NCBI RefSeq assembly: GCF_001194135.2
Contig: NC_068981.1
Span: forward strand, 159,355,077-159,419,076
DNA length: 64,000 nucleotides
Origin: Octopus bimaculoides
Lineage: Eukaryota
Direction: 5' to 3'
Part shown: piece by piece, positions 36,214-50,424 of the stretch
Layout: the number at the start of each line of letters is the position of its first letter
Numbering within the stretch: position 1 is the stretch's first letter
Made by a program: the position numbers and the translations under genes
Notes under the pieces: model-generated
The model's input: the letters and a program-made list of their open reading frames with translations, nothing else
Database searches by the model: none
What the model was told of the DNA's origin: nothing

Positions 36214-36800
36214 TTTTAACCATTTTTGTCACAGCCACCCACCTTTTTACAAATTCACTGTGAGAGAGGACTTCTCTCTCCACATTCACTTTCCAAGTGG
36301 AACTTAAAACAATTGTTGAGGACTTGACTGGAAAGGAAGATACCTCTCTTTCCTCAAACCTTTCAGCCTTGTCCACAACACAACCTCTTTCACCACAGCT
36401 ACTAGACAGGGGAACTGCTCTACATTGTTCAAAGTGAATAATGGGGTAATCCTCATGACAGACTTGTCCAAGTCAGGTTTGTCCCACACACTACAACAAC
36501 TGTTTGACAAAACTCCATATATCAGCAATGCTCAGATACTGCACAAATGCAAACAGTACAGCTGGAGATCAAAGTGATGCTGTAATTCTTCAGCATGGAT
36601 GTGGTTATGATACAGTTGAGAATTGAAGTATGAAAGCTAAAGAATGTTGTTTTCATTCCAGAGAACAGGATAAAGCAACATCCTTTATAGCCAGTACTTC
36701 CAATTTTTCCCACTTCCATTAATTTCCAAGGTGTTGCTGGAGACAATTACCAATGACTGTCTCAAAGCCATTTCCTGCCTCAGTCCTTTTTATCTTGGAA
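36214..36800 (-). pseudogene. Possible old piggyBac-like transposase 3' remnant
   Basis: Weak motifs (SNTLEINGSGKNWKYWL resembling RGKKWY; NCFKFH) and an end ...aaatggTTAA. Heavily degraded. Confidence 0.3.
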
Positions 36801-38949
36801 ATCATTGTGTAGTCAAGCTTGTTGCACTAAATATTAACTATTACATTAGCTAATTGCAGAGTACAAACCACCTGGATTACAGCCAAATATAATTTCCTTG
36901 ATTCACAAGAGCTTTCTTACTTATACTATAATACATATATTATTAGTGATCAATGTCTATCTTGCTTCTGTCCTCACCATTTCTGCTGCCCACCACTCTT
37001 CCTTCTTTTCATCAATGATCCCCTGTGTACTTTATTAAATTTAGATGTACTTATCATCATCATTATCACCACCATCACTTAACATCCAGAGTTCCATGCT
37101 TGCATGAGCCAGACAGAGTTGGTGGAGGTAGATATTCTATGGCTGGATGCCCTACCTGTTGTCAGTTCTTATAGTTTCCAAGCAAGGTAATATTTTCTTA
37201 TAGCTAGGCATGCTTTCCACGGAAGACAGGATACAAACAACCTCTCTTGTATGATGGTGATGCTCATTTACAACCATCACACATTGTCTACACAAGGTAC
37301 ACACATGCACGCACACACACACACAATAATTTCACTGGGGTATGTAACACTGGTGTTTATAGTATTAAGCTCATCCACGGATACTGACTATCAGATGAAG
37401 CTGTACACTTGAAATTGTTTGTTCTACCAAACAAATGTCTGAAAATCCAAAAGTATATGTAGAGCTTTTATAGTGATAATTAAAAAGAATGGAGTGAGTA
37501 AGTCATTTTACTACTTCAATTTACAATTGTTTCATCTTAGTTCAGTACAATCAATCTTACAACATTATGTAATAATTCATGCAACTATTGATTACTTTCC
37601 ATATGCTATTTGGGGTAACTTTAATAACACATGCTGAATAAGGTTCTTCAGAAATGTTTATAAAATAATATATATGCATATGTGATGGGTTCCTTTCAGG
37701 TTCTTGAGTCCAACTCTACTCACAAGGTTTGGTGAGCCCAGAGCTATAGAGACTGAACCCAAAACCATATGGTTGAGAAGCAAGCTTCTTAACTTCACAT
37801 CCACCTCTATACCTAAAAGAGTGTAGTCAATTTAATCAAGCTCAGTACTTTGCTAGTATTTATTTTATCAACTCTGGAGAGATGAAAGGTAAATATAAAC
37901 ATTAACGGGATATGAACTCAGAACATAATGAAATGTGATAAATAACACCTGACAGTTCTGTGATCCTCCTTATCCATACAGTAATAGGTACCACTGTGCT
38001 GTTAACAAATTTTGCTTAACAAAAGGATCTAAGAATTTCTATATCTCCTTCTCAGGTTTATATTTCTGAGTGTTTGGTCTTCAGTTCAAAATTCTCCACT
38101 TTGCTCTCAGTACACTCATTTCCATGCTATATCAACTGATAAAATAATATTGACATAAGGCCTGAGATTTGGGAGGGAGTGAGAAAGATAGACAATTATA
38201 TTGACCACAATACACAACTGGTATTTTATTTTATCCACCTCAGAGGATTGAAGGGCAAAGCTGAAAAATGCCAAGTCATATGTGACACTGATATTCTCAT
38301 TAACAGGGATCTTCTGTGTGACCTTTAACAAGGATCTTGTAACATTAACAATATCTAAAATGTAAGTATTTCCAGATGAAAGAAAAACACATCACCACCT
38401 CCATCCACAGACTTCATATCCTTTAATAGTCATACTATGAATAATATATTCAAAATATTTTGAATATAATTCAAAATCAAATAATTTTTACTCAATTTAC
38501 TTATTTCAAATCAGATAGGATTCAGATCAAGCAGCATCATCCAAACTCTTGTAATATTGAAAAAGTGATACCAAAAGTATTTCAACTTTATTATAAATTA
38601 AGTCTTTTGACACCAACCTGCCAGTAACTACCTGTGGTTTAAGATACAAAAATTCATTTTAAAATGTTCATACCTAAATTTTAAAAATTCCTTCATAATT
38701 TTATGAAAGAACCCTTTTTGTTATGTTCTAAACACTAACTTAAATTGAAAAAAGCTGGTAGATGACAATTTAACTGTAAATTCTTCATTACATTCAAAAT
38801 CAATTTAAACACTCAAGAATATTTCACAGGAAATATAGATATCATCATCATTTAACACCTGTTTTCCATGCTGGCATGAGTTGGATGGTTTGACAGAAGC
38901 TGGAGAGCCACAGAGTTGTGTTAAGTGTCAATGTCAGCTTTCGTATGTG

Positions 38950-39277
38950 TTTTATGGTTAGGTATCCTTCCCAGAGCAAACCACTTTACAGTGCATGTTG
39001 CCAGTGCCCCTGGACTGGCTCTTGTGTGGGTGGCACATAAAATACACCATTTTGAGCATGGCCGTTGCCAGTACCACCTGACTGGCCTTCGTGCGGGTGA
39101 CACGTAAAAGCACCACTACACTCTCTGAGTGGTTGGCGTTAGGAAGGGCATCCAGCTGTAGAAACTCTACCAAATCAGAGTGGAGCCTGGTGTAGCCATC
39201 TGGTTTCACCAGTCCTCAGTCAAATCGTCCAAGCCATGCTAGCATGGAAAGCGGACGTTAAATGATGATGATGATGA

Positions 39278-39280
<3 letters not shown>
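38950..39280 (+). mobile_element. Family D element with (GAT)n tail
   Basis: Near-identical 3' 200 bp to 35810-36024. Confidence 0.88.
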
Positions 39281-39312
<32 letters not shown>

Positions 39313-40273
39313 AAGTAGGCTTCTGCACATTTTCTGTCAACCAAATTCTGTTGATAGTTTTATTAATCAATCTGAGGCTATGGTAGAAGACACTTGCTCA
39401 ATTGAACCTGAAACCACATGATTGTGAAGCAAACATCTTAACCATACAGCTATGTCTACACCCATCGATAAATTAATAGATGACTTCATTTGAGATTAGC
39501 AAGATGTTTGAAATCAATTCTTTTATATCTAATGAATCAGTAATCTTGTTTCTTAAATTTCCTTCTCTAGTAGCAGAAGAGTTAAGAGTATAGACGGGAG
39601 ATTCTCCAGCATCTTCAACAATGATGTTCACTTGGTCAGCCAAAGGTTTAGCTTCCTTATCTTTCTGCAATGTTTGTTAATCAATATATTGTCAATGTGC
39701 TTAGCTGTTTGTCAAACATTAATATATTTCTCTAGGAATGGTAGGTAAATAAGTAGAAAGACAAGTGTAAGTTGACAAGCAATCATGCAACAGAGAAAGG
39801 AGCATTTGTATGGAAGATAGCTAGCTTGTGTAAATAAAGACATAACATGTAGAGGAAAACCAACCATTACTCGCAAGCAAGTGTGGCTTCTTATCATCAC
39901 CATCATTTTAGCCTCCTCTTTTCCATACATACATGGATGGAGCAGAGTTTGTGGAAGCAGAATTTCTGTGACAAGATGCTCTTCCTGTTGCGAACCCTCA
40001 TCTGTTTTCAAGTTATATTGCCCCATGACTAGAAGATTGCAAATGAAGGTCACTGCTTACATAATGAATGACATTAATTTACAACTATTTCATTATGTCA
40101 AGGTAAGGAAACAATAACACATATACACACACACATACACATATATATACAACAGGTTTCTTACAGTTTCTGTTCACCAAATCCACTCACAAGCCTTTGG
40201 TCAACCCTGATTGTTTTAGGTGCCTTTGTAGACATATAGCCACCCTCTCAACCCTCCCACTCTTTATCTAATG

Positions 40274-40537
40274 CAGTGATTCTCAACCATTTTTTTTTCT
40301 CCTGTGGACACCTTTCATTTCTATTTTAGTCTACTGGACCTACACAGCCATTTGAAATTTTAAAAAAATCCCATTACCTTTTGATAATTAAATATCATTA
40401 GGAATTGTATAAAAAAAGAATTTTTTTTAATATCTCGAGTATTGTAGCAGTATAACTGATTTATTGCACATAATTTTTAGCAATAAAATCTTATATAGAC
40501 CCTGAAGGGCCATGTGGACCCTTATTGAGAACTACTG
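40274..40537. mobile_element. 264-bp hAT-type MITE
   Basis: TIRs cagtgattctcaa / ttgagaactactg and a perfect 8-bp TSD atctaatg on both sides. Confidence 0.9.
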
Positions 40538-41399
40538 ATCTAATGGAACATCGAAGATGTGACAGCTGGAGGGAGTGAGGGCTGCACCAGTATTTGGCCA
40601 GTACATGTTCCATATGAGTAGACTTGGCAAAATGTGAAATGAAGTGCTATGCTGAAGGCCTTAATTCTCCACTTGGTACAAAAATCAAATCAATGGAAAT
40701 TGTCATTTTTGTTCTTTAACTCCACATCACCTCTAATCAAGTGGACCTATGATAAAAGGCATTCCATTCATGACCATCCCATGATAATAATGATAATGGT
40801 TTCAAATTTTTGGCACAAGGCCAAAAATTTGGTGGGAGGGAATAAGTCAATTGCATTGGTCCCAGTGTTTAACTTATTTTATCAACCACAAAAGGATGAA
40901 AGGTAAAGTTGACTGCCTTAACAGCAACAACAACAATAATAATCCTTTTTACTAAAGGCACATGGCACAACTGAAGCTTCCACCTCAGTTCACTAATTGT
41001 GGACAAGCTGGTACCCATATTACATCACCAGCAACAACTGCTGTGAGACAAGTGGAATAATAATACCTTCTACTATAGGTATAAAGCCTAAAATTTTGGG
41101 AGAGGGGGCAAGTTGATTACATCAACCCTAGTGTGCAATTTTGAAGGAAAGGTGATTAGTCAATTAAATTAACCATAGTACTTGACTTTGTACTTCATTT
41201 ATCAACCTGAGAAGGATGAAAGGCAGTGTGGATCTTGGCAGGATTTGAACTCAGAGCACAAAAAAAAACCCAGAAGAAATAACTACAAGCAAAAGAACAA
41301 AAGGGTACCAAAGAAGCAATTTCGTAATATAAAGGGAAGAAAATGTGGCAGTGTTAGGGGTCACAATTTAGTGTATCCAGGAATGTGGTGTGGGACAAT

Positions 41400-42340
41400 G
41401 GCATCATGGAAGTAAAGTGATGATGGTGCCATAGCAGCAGATCTAGAAAAGTGATGCAGCAATACCAGGTATATAATGTGGGACAGCTAGACAAATATTT
41501 TGATGGCACAGAGCAGAATTATGGTTATGGCCATGATGGAGATGTTGGATATGTGCCATAGAGATAATGTGGTGCAGCTAGAGAAGGGATGTTGTGACAT
41601 CAGAAAAACAATGGTGTGGAATAACAGAAATAATGTTGTAATGCCAGGGGAACAAGGTGTTGTTAGCAATACAGAAGCAGTAATTTGCAATACAGAAGTT
41701 ATGTGGCAACACCATCAAAGCAATGTTTTAAGTGATTGCAGCAGCAGAGCAATATGATAGCAACATAGAAGCAATGGCTAAAAGTAGAGGAACAATATGA
41801 TGGTTGCAGAGAAGTAATGTATTAGAAATGGGAACCACTATGGTGACAAGAGAGAGGTAATGTAATATCAACACAGAAGCAATGTGATAACAACATAACA
41901 GCAATGTGGTATCAACATAGAAGCAATATGAAGTGAGAGAAAAGCAATGTGATAGGAACGGAGAAGTGATGTGGTAGCAATAGAGAAGTAATATAGTAGG
42001 AACAGGTAGTACTATGGTGGCAACAGGGAGGCAATGTAATAACAACACAGATGCAATACAGCATAGAAGCAATGTATTAACAACAGAGAAGCAATATGGA
42101 ATCAACACAGAAGCAATATATAAAGCAACAAAGAAACAAAGTGGTAGCAACAAAAGAGCAATGTGCAATAACATAACAGCAATGTGGATTCATCATAGAA
42201 GTAATATGAAACAACAGAGAAGCAATGTGACAGCAAGAAGGAATGAGGTAGCAACAGAAAGGCAGTATGTTTGCAACAGAGAAGCAACATAGTAACAACA
42301 TAAAAGCAATGTGGTATTAACAGAGAAGTAATGAATTTCT
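41400..42340. repeat. Degenerate minisatellite of about 21-24 bp (approx. caacacagaagcaatgtgg)
   Basis: Recurring units aacacagaagcaatgtg, aacatagaagcaatatg and aacagagaagcaatatgg. The low-complexity ORFs here are by-products. Confidence 0.8.
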
Positions 42341-43061
42341 GCCAATATTGAAGAAAAAAGTTTATCAAGTGTACATAATACTATTCTACAGTTATGCTGT
42401 TTAAAATATAAAAAGTATGAGTAACCAAAGATGGTGTCATCGAAAATAGTGGAAAACAGCTAAAACCTATTAAAATATTCAACAGAACTCATCAGTAGTC
42501 AGAGGCTTTGCTGCATTGTTTACACAAACTGAATTAACAAATAAAACATTAACAGAAATTTGTCTAGATGAGATATGCTTCTGAAGAAGTGCATCTGTTT
42601 CTCTGTAAGTTTTCATGTACTTACTAGCACACACACACACACATACACAAACACACACAACACATATACATACACACAAATATACATATAATTTTTTAAG
42701 ATATAGCTAGTTATGTAAAGTGATGTAGCAATGTTAGTCTTTCAGTTTCTTACAAATGTAACCATAGCAGTACATGTTCATACTAGTGTACATGCACACA
42801 CACACTTCAGTTTTTTTTTTGTTTGTTTTGTGCTTTTTAAGGCATGGAAAACAGCATCCATGAACCTTTACAGGGCTTCTGAATTGGTGTAAAAAAGTGA
42901 AAGTCATCTTAAAATAACCTGGAGACATGGGCTGATTGTTTGCTTTTTGCTGGGTTTAAGCATGTATTCATCTAACTCATACCATTATAGAAGAAGAGAT
43001 GCAAAATGAATGAAATACACAATCCATGTTTCACTTAATTTTGATAATTATCAATAATTTA

Positions 43062-43290
43062 AAAATATTTAATGAAATAATTAAATTTATTATATTTACT
43101 TTTGCGTAAGTTGCACTCATGTATAAGTGCACTCATATATAAGTCACACCCCTAATTTAGGGTTAAATCTAAATACGAAATTTGAAAATATTTAATGAAA
43201 TAATTGAATTTACTATATTTACTTTTGTGTAAGTTGCACTCATGTATAAGTGCACTCATATATAAGTCACACCCCTATAATACGAAATTT
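43062..43290. repeat. Direct tandem duplication with a period of about 123 bp
   Basis: aaaatatttaatgaaataatt...gtaagttgcactcatgtataagtgcactcatatataagtcacacccct begins at both 43062 and 43185. A related ataagtcacacccctaattt motif occurs reversed at about 22640. Confidence 0.9.
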
Positions 43291-43359
43291 GTTACCTTCA
43301 TATTCAAATTGGCCCCATGTATAAAAAACATCCCAGTTTTTACCATTTAAATTCAAGTA

Positions 43360-44105
43360 TTGAGTCATCCCATAAATAATGCAGTTTTTTTTATACTTCT
43401 TTTATTTTTCAAAATTAAGATAAACAAACTTCTTTTTTAATCTAAAATATAGATTCCTTCATTTTCTACAATGCTCTTCCATCTATCTGGTAGATTTGCA
43501 AGGCCTCTCTTCCAAAATTCACTTGTCTGTGATGAAAAATACTCCTCCAGTACTGTTCTGACCTTGTCTACAGAATTCATATTTTTTCCATCCCAATCAT
43601 TTTGAAAACTGTTGAATAAATGATAATCAGATGGGGCAATGTTCAGCAAATATAGTGGGTGGGGCATCATTTCCCATTCAAACTGCTCCAGCCTTTGGAA
43701 TGTCATCCTTGCTGCATGCGGCCGAACATTATCTTGATGGAAGAACACCTTTTATCTTGAAACCGAAGATGGTCGTTTTTCTTCTAGTGCTGACTTGAAT
43801 GAGTGGTTGAATGACCAAATCCAAGCTTCTCTGCTAGTTCCTCAACAGTTACAATGGGATTTTGTTCCATCAGGATGTCCTTGTCAAGCTCTACAGATCT
43901 TCCAGGATGAAGCTCGTCTTCTAGGATGTAGTTTCCAGCTCGAAATTTCTGGAACCACTGTTGACACTGGCTTGCGCTTATTGTCCAATCCCCATATACT
44001 GCATTACTATTCCTCACACTTTTTGTTGTACTGTTGCCTTTATTGAACTTATAAAGCAAAATATGCTGAATATGCTCCCTTGTCACTTCCATTATAGCTT
44101 TGAAA
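43360..44105 (-). mobile_element. Mariner of the same family as 281-1558; 5'-truncated with an internal deletion
   Basis: TA plus TIR ttgagtcatcccataaataatgcagtttt at 43360. ORFs 43784-44092 and 43437-43748 match the N- and C-terminal parts. The region equivalent to about 765-1128 of the first copy is missing. Confidence 0.93.
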
Positions 44106-44399
44106 GCATTTTCCAGGTTTCTTCATATGTCTTGAAATGTTGCACAAGCTTTGGAAACAAAAGGCTCACTGAAACAGTGCCATTTGTTTCCAGTTTTCTG
44201 CATAATCATGCCCAGGCTGTTTGTCATTCAACAGACTAGGAAATTAATTCCTCATTCAGAAACAAGCGGGGGTTGGTGTCAGGAAGGACATCCAGTAACA
44301 GAAAACTTTTGCCCCCGCATACACTCATCTGATCCATGCAAGCATGAAAAAGTAAATGTTAAAATGATGATGGTGATGATGATGATGATATTCTGTTGT

Positions 44400-44851
44400 C
44401 ATGTTGCAGAAGTTAAGCATAATCACCATTTTAATGTCCACTTTTCCATGCTCAAATGAGTTGGATAGAATTTTGTTGAGGCAGATTTTCTACAACCCTC
44501 AAATGTTTCCATGTAAAGGTAATATTTCCCCATGACCAGACATGTTTTTGTAGAAGACTGAGAATAAAGGACATTGCTTACATGATGAAAACATTTGTTT
44601 ACAACTATCATGTGATGCCAAAATAAGGAGACAGTAACACTCACACAAACACATATACAGATAGATAGATAGATAGCTAAATGGATAGAGGACTGGCTTC
44701 TTGCAGTATCCATCTACCAAATCCACACACAAGGCTTTGGTCAGCCTGGGGTTAAAGGAAAAGACATTTGTCCAAAGTACCACACTGTGAGATTGAACCT
44801 AAAACTATGTGGTTGGGAAGCAAACTTCTTACCACACAGCCACACCTGCAC
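44400..44851 (-). mobile_element. Full SINE with family-A head, internal (GATA/CA)n and RTE-like tail
   Basis: Minus strand: head ggtgcaggtgtggctgtgtggtaagaag..., microsatellite, body ...aacatgtctggtcatggggaaatattacc..., tail gcatggaaaagtggacattaaa. Confidence 0.75.
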
Positions 44852-45934
44852 CTAAGAATACAAATAAATAATGTAAACCTTAACCTTATACAAAAATAAC
44901 TGATGGTCAACAAATTTCTTCTCTGTCTTTGACTATCGGTTCACTTTTAATCGGTGACATTTAGATTTCATCGATTATTACATAAACTAATAATTACATA
45001 ACTCTTTTGATACCAAAGCCCATGAGACTGCTTCTGGTTTTATGATGTGTAACCTCTTGTTTCGAAGTGTCATGTTTAAATTAAAACCTTTAATCTCAAT
45101 TTCATGTGAAGAAGTTTTGTCACGATATCTTCTAAGCAGCAGCTTAATAAAGAAAAAAAAATTTAATTATATTACCAAATTGCTTCAAATTATAGGTTAT
45201 TAACAAAATTAATTGAAACATATGGATAGTGCATAACATTTATTTTACATCTGTTTTTCTATGCTAGCATGGGTTAGACGAATATGTATAACTGTAGCAT
45301 TGTTTTAGAGCTGACTATTCTTGTTGCTAATTTTTAACTATTGTTCAAGTAAGGGAGTTTTTATTCAGCTCATCTTTTGAAAGTACAAATTTGTTGACAA
45401 GGAAATGCCAACAGAGATGACTGTCCATAATTCAGCAGTTTTTCTTGTGGTTGCATTTTTCATATAATTTAAAAATACAAACAATTACCCAGATACATCC
45501 ATGCATGCACACACATACGCATGCACACACATACGCAGACATACACACACATACAAAAACACATACATATCATTGTGGCTTGCTAGACACTGATATGTCA
45601 TGCATTATAACAACGTACTTCGTCGTCTGCATGCTTGACCCGAATGGCATACCTCACCAACTGCTTTTCTTTATTTGGCACACTAGCCATGACACAGAGG
45701 GGGACGACACAAGGACAGTCAGAACACCACAATGAGGACAAAAAACATAAGTTAAGTGTGAGAGGTTAGATATGGCCAGTTTGAATGTAAAACATAGAAT
45801 ATTTGAGCTGTATTTGGCTGGTTTAAATGCTGGAAAGGTTAAGTTGCTGTGCAGCGGAACTGACCCTAAAACCTGCAAAGTAAGCTTCTTAACCACACAG
45901 CTTAACCATGCTTATTTCATTATAAATATTCTTT

Positions 45935-46153
45935 TATTCTTTTACTTGTTTCAGTCATTTGATTGTGGCTATACTGGAGCACCACCTTAAAGGACTTTTT
46001 AGTTGAAGAAATTGACTCTTGGACTTATTCTTTGTTAGCCTAGTACTTGTTCTATTGGTCACTTTTGCCGAACTGCTAAGTTACAGTGACATAAACACAC
46101 CAACCTCAGTTGCCAAGTGATGGTGGGGAGGACAAACACAAAGACACACACGC

Positions 46154-46192
<39 letters not shown>

Positions 46193-46754
46193 NNNNNNNN
46201 NNNNNNNNNNNNNNNNNNNNNNNNNNNNNNNNNNNNNNNNNNNNNNNNNNNNNNNNNNNNNNNNNNNNNNNNNNNNNNNNNNNNNNNNNNNNNNNNNNNN
46301 NNNNNNNNNNNNNNNNNNNNNNNNNNNNNNNNNNNNNNNNNNNNNNNNNNNNNNNNNNNNNNNNNNNNNNNNNNNNNNNNNNNNNNNNNNNNNNNNNNNN
46401 NNNNNNNNNNNNNNNNNNNNNNNNNNNNNNNNNNNNNNNNNNNNNNNNNNNNNNNNNNNNNNNNNNNNNNNNNNNNNNNNNNNNNNNNNNNNNNNNNNNN
46501 NNNNNNNNNNNNNNNNNNNGAGATCGTTGCCAGTGCCCCTGGACTGGCTTGTGCGGGTGGCACATAAAAGACACCATTTCGAGCGTGGCCGTTGCCAGTA
46601 TCGCCTGACTGGCCTTCGTGCAGATGACACGTAAAAGCACCTACTACACTCTCTGAGTAGTTGGTGTTAGGAAGGGCATCCAGCTGTAGAAACTCTGCCA
46701 AATTTAGATTGGAGCCTGGTGTTGCCATCCGGTTTCACCAGTCCTCAGTCAAAC

Positions 46755-46796
<42 letters not shown>

Positions 46797-46850
46797 ATAT
46801 ATACGACAGGCTTCTTTCAGTTTTCATCTACCAGATCCACTCACAAGGCT
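45935..46850 (-). mobile_element. SINE family A with a nested family D copy (+, 46520-46795) across a gap
   Basis: A tail 45935-46150, (TA)n and gap, D, (GAT)n, then truncated A head 46800-46850. Confidence 0.82.
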
Positions 46851-47319
46851 TTATGTTCAGGAAAGGAATAAATCAATTTGGTACACTTTTCCAAAATGGC
46901 CATTGTTATTTATAGCAGTGCAATATACTAGGGAGATTTTTGCAATGGTTATTCAATCTGCTGAAAATAGCAGCTAAATCTCCCTTAATTCACACTTTGC
47001 CTTTTTAAACTATGAAAAGACACATTAAATAATCTTGTCTTTCGTGCACCTAAAATGACAGAGTTGGCTGGCCACAACTGAAACACCTTACATCACAGAG
47101 CTTGATCAGGATCGACCTGTGGTTAAACAACACCACCACCGCCACCACCAAAAATCATTTACATTTCAAACTATTGAGTGGGTATGAGACATTTTGGAAC
47201 AGCCATTTTGGCACCACCTATTTGGTGTCACTGATTCTATGCCAACTTATATGACATCAGACATTAATCTTAATGTTTCATTTTAATGATTCCCTTGTTG
47301 TTTCTCTCTCTCACACACA

Positions 47320-47354
<35 letters not shown>

Positions 47355-47433
47355 ACTCTCTTTCTCTCTCTTTGTCTATGTGTGTAAGCATCTAGTTATG
47401 TTTGTATGTATGTGTAATGTCTCTCCCCCTCTC

Positions 47434-47465
<32 letters not shown>

Positions 47466-47689
47466 ACTCTACATTTAGTGACATCATTATTGAGCAGATT
47501 TAGTTTACAACAAAAGAAATAATTAGCTCTTATTTGGAACAATTAATTTACATGTTGTTAACATGTCAGAGGACCAAGACATGTGATGCACTGCTATACT
47601 CAAGAAGACCTACTCCCCACAACAGAATTGAGATCCTAAAACCATGGTGCTATGTAAAAAGTACTGGTGCTGATGCCACATGAAAAGCA

Positions 47690-47960
47690 ACCAGTACATT
47701 CTGTAAAGTGGTTGGACTTAAGAAGGGCATCCAGTAGTAGAAACCAAGCCAAAACAGACAACAGAACCTGTAGTCCCTGGCCCTGCCAGCACCTTTTTAT
47801 GTGGCACCATAACCAATACTTTTTGTGGTACCATTGCCAATGCTTTTTATGTAGCACCATCACCAATGCTTTTTATGTGGCACCAGCACCGGTGATTTTT
47901 ATGTGGCACCAGCTCCAGTGTTTTTTTGGTTTTTTTTATGTGGCACCAGCACCAATGCTT
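47690..47960. repeat. Family-D-like tail joined to a tandem of about 24-27 bp (tttttatgtggcaccagcaccaatgc)
   Basis: The unit recurs about 6 times in 47790-47960. Confidence 0.7.
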
Positions 47961-48140
47961 TTTACTTTGTACCTTGGTTTTAGGATATCAATTCTGTTGT
48001 GGTGGGCAACTCTTCTTGAGTACAGCAATACACCAGTAGCTTAAGTTTCAGCAGGAGCAAAGGGTGCAAACATTTTTTTAAAATATGATAAATTTCTTTT
48101 TAAATGTTAATTTAAAACAGTTAAAACATCTAAGGTACTT

Positions 48141-48369
48141 TTAACCCTTTAGCATTCATATTACTTTGTCAAATGTAAAGCTTATTCATTCACATTATTT
48201 TGAATTAATAATGCATTATCTCATAACTCTGGAGACTTTGATGATGTGATTATTTTTTCTTAGAAAGACATTGTAGGGTAGGTGTGACTGGCCAGATCTG
48301 GCCAATTTGAACATAAAACAGGTGAAATATTTGGGCCGGATATGGCTGGTTTAAATGCTAAATGGTTAA
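48141..48369. mobile_element. TTAA-flanked (piggyBac-type) MITE, family F
   Basis: TTAA-ccctttagcatt ... aatgctaaatgg-TTAA. A second copy lies at 55690-55974 in the opposite orientation and a fragment at about 45770-45842. Confidence 0.85.
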
Positions 48370-50043
48370 ATGAACACCTCAGGGTTTCACAAAGATACCC
48401 TTTTTGTTAAATTTTATGTTAAAAAAACCCAGTCAGTAGGTGGGCAGGATAAGCAGGATTGGTAAAATGACAAGCAAAAACACCTTGCAGTGTTAAGTTT
48501 CATTCCTTTATGTTCTAAGTTCAAATACCAATAAGGCTGACTTTACCTTCCCTCCTTCCACAGGATGGGCAGATGGAAGACAAAAGTTCATACAAGCATT
48601 TGTCAATCAAATACTGGAATCAATCATAATCAACAATACTCTCCCAGAAAACGAATGTCCTTGTCCCAAAAAATCAATATCAAAACCCAGTCTCTCCATG
48701 TTGTTTTTTTTATATTCTATGCCATCCTGTATCTTTCGAACAAAAGACTTCTTTAAATATCTAACCAAACATGAGACATGGCAATTAAAAGAATAATTTT
48801 ACAATTAAATTTTCAAGATTCATGACCCAAATTTTTGACAATATTTTTTTTTTACAGTAACATTTATGACTATTCATTAAATGTACAATAACATATTGAG
48901 CTTAATAAATAATTTAAAGAAAATGAAAATGAAAATTAGCCAAAACCTGATTCGCCTTTAGTTCAGAGAAATAGATAACAGCCAAAATATTTCATTTAGA
49001 ATAACAGAATAGCATAATAAATGTTTATTAGAATGGGGAAGAATATTTTTAAAGATGTTAGTAAAATAAAACTGTATAATAATGAGGAGGGGAGAAGTAA
49101 ATGGGGTTAGAGTGTGAGGCTAGGGTCATGTTCAGTATTAGGATAAGATTCAGTCAAATCCAGGAAGAGAAATTCTCTAATGTCTCTGGCACCATACTGT
49201 CTACTGCTAGAGTTAACATGGCTTCTCTATAGTCTTTGTAGTCATACAAACACACTTACACATACACACATATATACGTGTACACATTCATGTGCATACT
49301 GATGCACAACCTCACAGACACAGATAACACACACGTATACATGCACATACATCAGATACATGCACATGCAAACATACTTCAATACTCTCACAGGCAGAAG
49401 AGAAAAAAAATACAACATCTCTGCCAACAATATTATCAGTTCTTACAGCAGTAATGATACAGACTGTCTCATGCTAGACTTGATGTCTACAGAAATATCC
49501 AGTGTGGTGGACTACAATACTAGTTTTCAAAAGAACACTCTGCAATACTTGTAGACATAAGTATATATGAAGCAACAGATATATACATGTATGTATGTAC
49601 GTATGTATGTGTGTGTGTGTATGCATGTATGTATGTGTGTGTGTGTGTGTTCCTTAGAATAAATAGCCATAGTTAGGTAATTCTTTGTGCCTTGGGAGAA
49701 AGAAGAACAAATAATGAATTAAATTATCAAGGAGTTCAAGTGCGATAGAGAAAAACTTATAAATGACGGCAAACATAGAATGAAAAACAGCAAGATGGGT
49801 TGACATAGTTGAAATATTGAGCTTTAGAGGAAAAGAAAACATGAAACAAGCAAACTAAAAAAAAACAACAAAATCATGAGTAACTGGAAGATAAGAAAAC
49901 TTGACTCAAAATTCAAAAGGAAATTAAATTGTTAAAATATATAAAATATGACTAACTTCTTTAGAGCAATCAGGTTGTTGAGACAGATGAAATTGTTGGT
50001 CTTAGACTGAACAGTGGTAAATTTGCATTGATGTGATATGTTT

Positions 50044-50424
50044 TGTTGGCACTCCATCGCTTACAACGTCGAGGGTTCCAATTGATCCGATCAACGGAAC
50101 AGCCTGCTCATGAAATTAACGTGCAAGGGGCTGAGCACTCCACAGACATGTGTACCCTTAACGTAGTTCTCGGGGATATTCAGCGTGACACAGTGTGACA
50201 AGGCTGACCCTTTGAATGACAGGCACAACAGAAACAGGAAGTAAGAGTGAGAGAAAGTTGTGGTGAAAGAGTACAGCAGGGTTCGCCACCATCCCCTGCC
50301 AGAGCCTCGTGGAGCTTTAGGTGTTTTCGCTCAATAAACACTCACAATGCCCGGTCTGGGAATCGAAACAGCGATCCTATGACCGCAAGTCCGCTGCGCT
50401 AACCACTGGGCCATTGCACCTCCA
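50044..50424 (-). mobile_element. SINE family B, full length
   Basis: Collinear with 21452-21818 and 24720-25087. Confidence 0.92.

Noticed and set aside
41500-42368. Overlapping Cys/Leu-rich ORFs on both strands
   Set aside because: These are products of the degenerate minisatellite and are open in several frames on both strands.
41400-47960. CRISPR-like repeat/spacer arrays
   Set aside because: The context is eukaryotic, the units are contiguous degenerate tandem repeats without unique spacers, and there are no cas genes.
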